Origin: Candidatus Aceula meridiana
Lineage (GTDB): Bacteria > Omnitrophota > Gorgyraeia > Zapsychrales > Aceulaceae
Reading direction: 5' to 3'
NCBI GenBank assembly: GCA_030765185.1
Contig: JAVCDE010000024.1
Location: forward strand, 251,538 to 315,537
DNA: 64,000 nucleotides
Position 1 is the stretch's first letter. The number at the start of each line of letters is the position of its first letter. This document shows, one piece after another, positions 57,457 through 64,000 of this stretch. The translations under genes were made by a program, and so were the position numbers. The notes beneath the pieces were generated by a model. It was not told the origin of the DNA. It was given only the letters and a program-made list of their open reading frames with translations, and made no database searches.

Positions 57457-57487
57457 AAGGGCCCCCGCTTAATCAGCGGGGGCCCTT
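57457..57487 (-). terminator. Very strong GC hairpin (partial terminator or attenuator) between the Cys/Met-rich protein gene and the rSAM gene
   Basis: AAGGGCCCCCGC / ttaatca / GCGGGGGCCCTT, a 12-bp perfect stem. U-rich sequence follows on both strands. The rSAM start 13 nt downstream has no purine-rich SD. Confidence 0.65.
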
Positions 57488-57512
57488 GTTTCATGCATTT
57501 CTTTCTAAGATT

Positions 57513-57956
57513 TTATTTTCCGCAGGAGCCTTTACCGCAAGAAGATTTGGCATCTTCATCCATCTCTTCGTCTTCAGTCATTACATCTTCCTCTCCCATC
57601 ATCTCCCCTTCGTCCATATCCTCATCTTCGCCCACCATTCCATTTTCGCCCATATCCTCGTCTTCAGCTGCCATTTCTTCCTCGCCCATGGCTTCATCAT
57701 CTGCCATCATTTCGTCTTGTTCAACCATTTCATCTTCAGCGGCTTCTTGAGCAACAGCTTCTTTTTCAGCAGCTTCCATTTTTGCCCCACAAGAACCTTT
57801 ACCGCAAGAAGCTGTTCCTTCTTCAGCAGCCTTACCACAAGAACCTTTGCCGCAACTCCCCTTACCGGCAAAAACGTCTTTAACAACGCCAAAGCTTGCC
57901 ACAAGGCTTGCGATGCTAATCCCTGTTAAAATCTTTTTAATTTTTCTCTTGTCCAT
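57513..57956 (-). CDS. Sec-secreted 147-aa protein: three SCGKGSCG repeats (6 Cys) flanking a hyper-acidic, periodically Met-rich 90-aa core; candidate rSAM substrate and/or periplasmic Cu/Ag-binding protein
   Basis: Signal peptide MDKRKIKKILTGISIASLVASFGVVKDVFA. Mature protein GKGSCGKGSCGK...ASCGKGSCG...(E/D-x-M heptad-like repeats)...SCGKGSCGK. Strong RBS GAGGAGG and its own consensus promoter. Confidence 0.75.
   Translation of the reverse strand: MDKRKIKKILTGISIASLVASFGVVKDVFAGKGSCGKGSCGKAAEEGTASCGKGSCGAKMEAAEKEAVAQEAAEDEMVEQDEMMADDEAMGEEEMAAEDEDMGENGMVGEDEDMDEGEMMGEEDVMTEDEEMDEDAKSSCGKGSCGK
57520..57860 (-). repeat. Intragenic direct DNA repeats (three copies of the about 25-nt Cys-motif-encoding unit; short-period CATCTTC-type repeats in the acidic core)
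   Basis: ccacaagaacctttaccgcaagaag, ccacaagaacctttgccgcaact and ccgcaggagcctttaccgcaagaag recur at 57786-57810, 57835-57857 and 57520-57545. Confidence 0.6.
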
Positions 57957-57972
57957 CTGTTCCTCCTCATTA

Positions 57973-58039
57973 ATCCCGCGCGCGGGACTTTCTTGGTTTA
58001 TAATAAAGCAATTATACCAACTGCCCTAACGGTGTCAAT
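57973..58039 (-). promoter_or_regulatory. Consensus sigma70 promoter TTGACA-16-TATAAT (minus strand) followed by a 14-bp perfect GC palindrome TCCCGCGCGCGGGA in the 5' UTR of the Cys/Met-rich protein gene
   Basis: -35 at 58034-58039 and -10 at 58012-58017 (reverse complement). Palindrome at 57973-57986, about 20 nt before the RBS. Confidence 0.6.
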
Positions 58040-58066
58040 TGGTTTCACGCCTATCAGGATTATCTC

Positions 58067-61000
58067 TTAAGATTGCTCTTTTTGTAATTTTCGCTCTTTC
58101 ATCCAGCTATATAAAACAGGAACAAGAATTAAATTAGCTGCTGTTGCCGTCAGCAACCCTCCTACGGTCGGCGCGGCCATCGGCTTCATGACCTCTGAGC
58201 CTGTTCCGCTTGAGAACATTACAGGCATTAAGGCAATAATCGTTGTCATGGTTGTCATAAGGGCTGGGCGTACCCTCTGAAGGCCAGCCCTTATGACAGT
58301 CTGGCGTATTTCTTCAATTGTTTTTGGCAATTTTTCCTTAAATAAATTCTCTAAAGTTGAAAGCAACACAACCGCATTATCTGTCGCGACTCCAAAAAGT
58401 GCAATAAAACCAACCCATACGGCTGTAGAAAATCGAAAATTCAAAAGAAACAAAAGAATAACACCGCCGGTAAGCGAAAGCGGCAATACCGCAGTTAAAA
58501 TCCCTAAAATTTTTATGTCTTTAAATGCCATGTACAGCAAAACTAAAATAACCATTAAGGCAAGCGCCATCGAAGGCAACAAGCGCTTTCTCGATTCCAT
58601 CTCAGCTTCAAATTGCCCCGACCAGCTGATAAAGTATCCGGTAGGAATTTTAAGATTCCCTCGGCTTATCTCTTTCTGAACAGTTTCTTGCGCTTTCTTA
58701 ACAAAATCAACCAACCCAATCTGGCTTTGATTCACATTAATAAAAACGCGGCCATAAGGCACCGTGTTTTCCGAAAAAATCATCGACGGTCCGGCAACAG
58801 TTTTAAATTCCGCTAATTGAGCCAAAGGAATTTGCGCAGGCTTAGGCGCGTTACGCCAATGCCAACGGGTCGGCACAAAAATTCTCTTTAAGGCTTCTGG
58901 ATCATCGCGAAGCTCCCGCAGATACCGGACTCTCACCGGATACCGCTCTCGGCCCTCCACCGTGGTTGTGATATTCATCCCCCCGATGCCTGACATAATT
59001 AAGTCCTGAATATCTTGAACATGGATACCATAACGCGCTGCCTGCGGGCGGTCAATCTCAATCTCAAAATAAGGGCGCCCGCCGATGCGCTCAGCGTAAG
59101 GCGAGACCGCACCCTCAACACGGCCAACAATCTGTTCGAGTTGAATACCGATTTTCTCGATTTCTTTTAAATCCGGCCCAAAAACCTTAATCCCGACGGG
59201 CGTCTGAATGCCTGTTGCGAGCATATCAATGCGGTTGCGAATCGGTTGCGTCATAATAGGACTGACACCCGGCATTTTTGTTTTTTGCTGGATTTCATCG
59301 ATAATTTTCTCCCGGGTCATCCCTTTACGCCAATACTTTTTATTTTTAAGGTGGATAATTGTTTCAATCATTGTCACCGGGGCCGGGTCCGTGGCCGTTT
59401 CGGCGCGCCCCAGCTTTCCGACAACACCCTCAACTTCAGGAATTTCATTTTTAATAATGATATCCTGCTTTTGCATCACATCCGCGACTTGCGTCAGAGA
59501 AGCGCCAGGAAGCAAGACAGGCATAAACAACAAATCGCCTTCGTTTAAAGGCGGCATGAATTCTTGTTTCATTAGCACGCTGAAAATAAGCCCCACGGTA
59601 AAGACCGCTAACGCAATAAAAACAATCACGCGTTTATGTATCAAAGCCCAGCCTAGCAAGGGCTTGTATTTTCCATGTAAATATTTAGCGGTTTTATTTT
59701 CTTCAACGGGTTTTAGCTTTCCCTTTAACGCAAAATAGCTTAACGTCGGCAAAAGCGTTAAAGCAATAATCGCGGCGGCCACCATGACAAAAGTTTTGGT
59801 ATAAGCAAGAGGGCTAAAAAGTTTTCCGGCCTGCCCGGTTAAAACAAAAACCGGAATAAAACTAACAATCGTCGTTAAAAGGGCAAAAAGCACAGGCCGG
59901 CCCACTTCGCCTGCCGCGTCACTGCAGATCTTTAACCGGTTTTCTGAAGTCAGGTTTTCTGTCGAGTGCTCGGAGAGCTTGCTGTAGATATTTTCGACCA
60001 TGACGCAACCCGAGTCGACCATAACGCCGATAGCAATCGCGATGCCACCTAAAGACATAATATTGGCATCCACGCCAAATTGCTTCATAAAAATAAACGC
60101 AATCAAAATACCAATCGGCAAAACAGCCGCAATGACAAGGCTCCCCCAAAAATGAAGAAGAAAAACAACAATCACAAAAATTGTAATAATAATTTCCTGA
60201 ATGAGTGCGCTAGAAAGCGTATGAATAGAGCGATGGATAAGTCCTGTGCGGTCATAAAAAGGAACAATCTTCATCCCCTTAGGAAGTCCGACTTCGATTT
60301 CCTGAATTTTTTTCTTTACTCTCTCAATAACTTTTAAAGGATTTTCGCCGTAGCGCATGACCACAACTCCGCCGGTGGCTTCCCTACCTTCTTTATCCAA
60401 AACACCTCTTCGAAAATCCGCCCCTAAGGCTACACGTCCGATGTCTTTAATGGTCACGGGCGTTCCCGCATGCACGCCGATGACAATATCTTCGATATCT
60501 TTAATGCTTTTAATAAAACCGAGGCCGCGTACAACATATTCGACGCTATTTTGCTCAAAGACTTTTGCGCCCACGTCAATATTGGATAACTTGATCGCCT
60601 CCATAACGTGCAAAAGGCTGACGTCATAAGCAAATAATTTGTTCGGGTCGACATCCACCTGATATTGCTTGACGTACCCACCGACGGAAGCCACTTCGGA
60701 GACACCTTCAACGCTCGTCAATTGATAGCGGACATACCAATCTTGGATAGAACGCAATTCTTCCAAGGAATACCCATCGCCCTCAACCGTATACCAGAAA
60801 ATCTGACCCAAGGCCGTCGCATCCGGCCCTAAAGAAACACTGACATCTTTAGGAATATTTTTTTTAGCTAAATCAAGTCGCTCTAAAACACGTGTTCGGG
60901 CCCAGTAATAATCTGTCCCTTCTCGAAAAATCATATTAACCAAGCCAAAGCCAAAACCAGACGACGAACGAACCACTTTGACTTTCGGCGTTCCCATGAG

Positions 61001-61216
61001 CCCTGTTGTCAAAGGATAGATCACTTGGTCCTCAACATCCTGTGGGCTGCGCCCTGGCCAGTCTGCATATACAATAACCTGAAGCTCGCCGATATCCGGA
61101 ATTGCATCAACAGGGGTTTCTTTCATGGAAGAAAACCCTAGAATCATCATCAACACAAAAACCGATAAAACAAGAAATCGATTACGGATACATGTTTCAA
61201 TAATGCGATTAATCAT
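58067..61216 (-). CDS. cusA: Heavy-metal efflux RND pump, CusA/CzcA family
   Basis: 1049 aa, 12 TM, HME-RND architecture. Context csoR-cusC-cusB-cusA. Confidence 0.88.
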   Translation of the reverse strand: MINRIIETCIRNRFLVLSVFVLMMILGFSSMKETPVDAIPDIGELQVIVYADWPGRSPQDVEDQVIYPLTTGLMGTPKVKVVRSSSGFGFGLVNMIFREGTDYYWARTRVLERLDLAKKNIPKDVSVSLGPDATALGQIFWYTVEGDGYSLEELRSIQDWYVRYQLTSVEGVSEVASVGGYVKQYQVDVDPNKLFAYDVSLLHVMEAIKLSNIDVGAKVFEQNSVEYVVRGLGFIKSIKDIEDIVIGVHAGTPVTIKDIGRVALGADFRRGVLDKEGREATGGVVVMRYGENPLKVIERVKKKIQEIEVGLPKGMKIVPFYDRTGLIHRSIHTLSSALIQEIIITIFVIVVFLLHFWGSLVIAAVLPIGILIAFIFMKQFGVDANIMSLGGIAIAIGVMVDSGCVMVENIYSKLSEHSTENLTSENRLKICSDAAGEVGRPVLFALLTTIVSFIPVFVLTGQAGKLFSPLAYTKTFVMVAAAIIALTLLPTLSYFALKGKLKPVEENKTAKYLHGKYKPLLGWALIHKRVIVFIALAVFTVGLIFSVLMKQEFMPPLNEGDLLFMPVLLPGASLTQVADVMQKQDIIIKNEIPEVEGVVGKLGRAETATDPAPVTMIETIIHLKNKKYWRKGMTREKIIDEIQQKTKMPGVSPIMTQPIRNRIDMLATGIQTPVGIKVFGPDLKEIEKIGIQLEQIVGRVEGAVSPYAERIGGRPYFEIEIDRPQAARYGIHVQDIQDLIMSGIGGMNITTTVEGRERYPVRVRYLRELRDDPEALKRIFVPTRWHWRNAPKPAQIPLAQLAEFKTVAGPSMIFSENTVPYGRVFINVNQSQIGLVDFVKKAQETVQKEISRGNLKIPTGYFISWSGQFEAEMESRKRLLPSMALALMVILVLLYMAFKDIKILGILTAVLPLSLTGGVILLFLLNFRFSTAVWVGFIALFGVATDNAVVLLSTLENLFKEKLPKTIEEIRQTVIRAGLQRVRPALMTTMTTIIALMPVMFSSGTGSEVMKPMAAPTVGGLLTATAANLILVPVLYSWMKERKLQKEQS

Positions 61217-61237
61217 GTTCTCTCCTTAAAAATATTA

Positions 61238-62410
61238 CTACATTTGCATTCCGGGCATTCCGGGCATCGCGGAAGCCGCTGGTTGCTTTTTCTCATTACC
61301 CAAGGCCCCGGAAAAAGCCGAAGACGCAACCCCGGTAATTTGACTTTGAGAATCAATCAAAAAATTACCTTGCGTGACGACCCGCTCCCCTTCGTTTAAT
61401 CCTTTTAAAACCGGATAAAATTTTCTTGGATTATCCGAATGGTCAATGGCTTCAGGCCCCACAGTAACTTTACGCCCCTCGAATTGCCCATCACCTTTAT
61501 CAACCCATACAATTTGTCGCCGACCGGTATCCAAAAGCGCGCTTTTAGGAATAGATAAAACGTCCATATTCCCGTTATCGTCTTGATACTGGCTCATAAT
61601 TTCAATATCAACATACATTTCCGGTTTTAATTTTTTCTCCGGATTATCGACCAAGGCGCGAAAACGAACAGACCGAGTCTGAGGATCAACCACAGGATTA
61701 AGGGAAACAACTTTTCCGTAAAACTCTTCTCCTGCCAAGCTCAAAGGGCTCACCTTAACATAAGCGCCTTCTTTAACCCAGTTAAGTTCATATTCATAGA
61801 CATCACCATAAATCCACATCTTGTCTCCCGGCAAAACCAAATTGTTTTGAACTTTTTTTGATTTTTGCAGGCCATCAATTTGTTCCTGGCTTAGGCCCAT
61901 CAAAAGAAGCTTGCGCTGCGAAGAGTCCACCAAAGATTTGGCCCTATCCACGATTTCTTCAATGCCGCCGGAAAGAGCTTTTTCGTAAGATTGAACTGAA
62001 GAAATAAATTCATCCTGTGCAACGGCTAACTGCGGGTCATAGGCAACGCGCCCAACAGCCCGAATTTCCTTAAAAAGCTGCCGCTTTTCAATAGGCTCGG
62101 TTTTAACGCCGGCCAACTTTAATTCAGAGGCCTTAAGCGCAACCTGGCTTATGACATTTTCATCCGATGTCTCCATGTTCATGCTTGACTTTATTACCGG
62201 CATTAACGGCATAAAACAAATCGGACACTTCGTATCCCCTTTTTCATAGTTTTCAACCGTCACCTTAACGCTCGGATGCATGCCGCAAGTATAATAAGAT
62301 ATCGGCTCATCAAGACCTTGATGGTTCACATGATTCTGTTGAGCGAATAGTTGCGTTGAAAACATCAACGTAAAAAGAATGACGAGAGCAACCCTTATAA
62401 TCTTTTCCAT
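61238..62410 (-). CDS. cusB: RND membrane-fusion adaptor (CusB-like) with N-terminal YTCGMHP heavy-metal-binding domain and Met-rich C-terminal tail
   Basis: YYTCGMHPSVKV...CPICFMPLMP (HMBD). C-terminal AMPGMPGMQM. Confidence 0.85.
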   Translation of the reverse strand: MEKIIRVALVILFTLMFSTQLFAQQNHVNHQGLDEPISYYTCGMHPSVKVTVENYEKGDTKCPICFMPLMPVIKSSMNMETSDENVISQVALKASELKLAGVKTEPIEKRQLFKEIRAVGRVAYDPQLAVAQDEFISSVQSYEKALSGGIEEIVDRAKSLVDSSQRKLLLMGLSQEQIDGLQKSKKVQNNLVLPGDKMWIYGDVYEYELNWVKEGAYVKVSPLSLAGEEFYGKVVSLNPVVDPQTRSVRFRALVDNPEKKLKPEMYVDIEIMSQYQDDNGNMDVLSIPKSALLDTGRRQIVWVDKGDGQFEGRKVTVGPEAIDHSDNPRKFYPVLKGLNEGERVVTQGNFLIDSQSQITGVASSAFSGALGNEKKQPAASAMPGMPGMQM

Positions 62411-62419
62411 TTCTCCTCC

Positions 62420-63691
62420 TTATAAATCTCTTCCAACCATTTGTTCTAAATAAGCAATTGCTTTTCGATAATCAACAATCGATTTATAATACGCCAAACG
62501 CGTCTGAAGATATGTCCGCTCGGCATCAAGCCAATCAATAAAAGAAATTCCGCTGGTTTCAAACCCTGTCTGTGAACCGTCAAAAGCCTGTTTGGCCTGA
62601 GGCAACAGGGCTGTTTCATATAAAAGGACGACGTCCTTGTAGGCTATAATTTTAAAATAAGCGTCCTTCACTTCAAGTTCAGCTTGATTTTCGACTTGCT
62701 CTTTATTTTTTTGAGCTGATTTTAATTGAGCCTCTTTTTCTTTGACTTGAGCATCTAATTTCCAAAACCATATCGGAACATTAACCGAAACCATAGCTGC
62801 CCAGGCATCCTGTCCGTCATCCATAGAAGTCGTCGTGCCGCTGCCGATTTCGATATATTCTGCCCCGATCGTAAAATTCGGCAAATATGCCATCTTCGAT
62901 AAAGTTTTTTCCTTCTGGGCCTTTTCAAATAAGAAATCAGCTTCGATTAAATCCTGACGGGTTTCTTTTGCATATCCTAACAATTCATCAAGATTATAAG
63001 AGAAGGAAATGTTCTTTAACGATAAAACCTTATTGATTTCTCCGCCTGAGGGGTTGTTGATTAGGGTATTAAGTTTTACGCTTAGACTTTCTCTGTTCTG
63101 CTTTAACAAAAATATCTTCTGAAGAATTTTAGAAAGTTCCACCTGGATCTTAAGAATGTTTTGTTGCGTTCCAAGGTTAGACTCGTATTTCTTCTGAGCC
63201 GAGCCCTCTAAATCTTCCAGGATAGATTTTTCTTCTTCGTTTATTTCGATTGATTTATCTACCCAAAATAAATCATAGTAAGTAGCTTTTACCTGGGCAA
63301 TAATGGCACGTCTTGCTTTTTCATATTCTTGTTCAAGCATCTTGGCCTGCGCGGCCTGGGCCTTTCCCTTTAAGCTTAATTTTCCCGGGAAAGGAATCTT
63401 TTGAGAAACATTGAATTTTTGCTCCTGCGGCCCCACGCGGGTTTGCACTTCTTCGCCAAAATAGGTATAACCGACCATCGGATCGTCTAAAGCGCTAATG
63501 CTTTGCGTTTTGTATTGTTCGGCCTTCCACTTCTGATAAACCTGCTGGATTTGTGGATTGTTTTCTAAGGCCTCCTGAACAAAGCGGTCAAGAATGCTTT
63601 CTCCTTTATCCTGGCCAAAAGAAAAACAAGGCAAAAAAATTAAGCTTAGAATTGCTATAAAAATAAATTTAAAATAACGATTGGGATTCAT
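62420..63691 (-). CDS. cusC: Outer-membrane efflux channel (TolC/CusC family)
   Basis: Signal peptide; two OEP repeats; 423 aa. Confidence 0.85.
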   Translation of the reverse strand: MNPNRYFKFIFIAILSLIFLPCFSFGQDKGESILDRFVQEALENNPQIQQVYQKWKAEQYKTQSISALDDPMVGYTYFGEEVQTRVGPQEQKFNVSQKIPFPGKLSLKGKAQAAQAKMLEQEYEKARRAIIAQVKATYYDLFWVDKSIEINEEEKSILEDLEGSAQKKYESNLGTQQNILKIQVELSKILQKIFLLKQNRESLSVKLNTLINNPSGGEINKVLSLKNISFSYNLDELLGYAKETRQDLIEADFLFEKAQKEKTLSKMAYLPNFTIGAEYIEIGSGTTTSMDDGQDAWAAMVSVNVPIWFWKLDAQVKEKEAQLKSAQKNKEQVENQAELEVKDAYFKIIAYKDVVLLYETALLPQAKQAFDGSQTGFETSGISFIDWLDAERTYLQTRLAYYKSIVDYRKAIAYLEQMVGRDL

Positions 63692-63692
63692 T

Positions 63693-63971
63693 TTAACCCC
63701 CGCAATGTTTATTTAAAATGTTGATAACTTCGTTAATTTTCTCCTGCTTTTCAACTTGAGACTGGCCTTTAAGCGTATCAGCAACACAACTTTCTAAATG
63801 TTTTTGAAGAATCTTTTCCTTAACCCTACTGATTGCTTTTGTAACCGAACGAATTTGAATTAGTACGTCAATGCAATAGCGCCCTTCTTCAATCATTCCT
63901 TGGATACCGCGAACTTGTCCCTCAATTCTTTTAAGAGCATTAATCTGTTCTTTATGACTTGAATGTTTCAT
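63693..63971 (-). CDS. csoR: CsoR/RcnR-family metal-sensing repressor with a Cu(I)-type C-H-C ligand set
   Basis: KRIEGQVRGIQGMIEEGRYCIDVLIQ...KHLESC: Cys about 31 and His-x3-Cys as in CsoR; 92 aa. Confidence 0.85.
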   Translation of the reverse strand: MKHSSHKEQINALKRIEGQVRGIQGMIEEGRYCIDVLIQIRSVTKAISRVKEKILQKHLESCVADTLKGQSQVEKQEKINEVINILNKHCGG

Positions 63972-64000
63972 AGCGTTCTCCTTTTCAATGCAAGGATACC

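Noticed and set aside
57421-57929. Ser-rich (SSSISSSS...) and His/Phe-rich plus-strand ORFs, and a second minus-frame ORF 57707-57904
   Set aside because: They are alternative-frame or antisense readings of the repetitive acidic-core DNA of the Cys/Met-rich protein gene. The repeat structure creates long spurious frames.

Overview
This is a 64 kb, low-GC (about 40%), very gene-dense bacterial chromosomal segment. About 60 protein genes are present and all but two (crtB, a small ferredoxin) lie on the minus strand. No rRNA, tRNA, CRISPR array, transposase or integrase was recognised. Gene content points to an anaerobic, probably uncultivated lineage; no taxon can be assigned.

Main blocks, left to right:
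- A secreted protein over 1780 aa long that runs off the window start and contains a class-I SAM-methyltransferase motif. The ORF track misses it.
- pspC and metY.
- An MMPL/RND exporter with a LolA-like partner and a beta-barrel partner.
- An ArsR-Trx-DUF302-CoA-disulfide-reductase/rhodanese redox module.
- cspA.
- An 11.5 kb NAD-linked NiFe hydrogenase operon, rex-hypAB-hoxFUYH-hoxW-hypFCDE, with Rex-like operators at two promoters.
- A NikM/CbiM-type metal-capture component and an ADP-forming acetyl-CoA synthetase.
- A cobalamin-riboswitch-controlled TonB receptor.
- Two histidine-kinase-centred signalling islands.
- A dtxR-fur::feoA-feoB iron module with a textbook DtxR box.
- A small ferredoxin, phoH2 and ilvD.
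- A carotenoid cluster (lycopene cyclase, crtB, crtI) with a TPR protein, NDH-2 and DoxX.
- A csoR-cusCBA copper/silver efflux operon. Directly downstream, behind its own consensus promoter, is a Sec-secreted protein with three SCGKGSCG Cys motifs around a hyper-acidic Met-periodic core, followed by a radical-SAM/SPASM enzyme.

The most interesting candidates are the secreted Cys/Met-rich protein and its rSAM/SPASM partner next to the cus operon. After that comes a roughly 100-nt structured leader, duplicated with compensatory changes, ahead of DUF2892 and DoxX. A Fur-FeoA fusion paired with an SH3-less DtxR is third.
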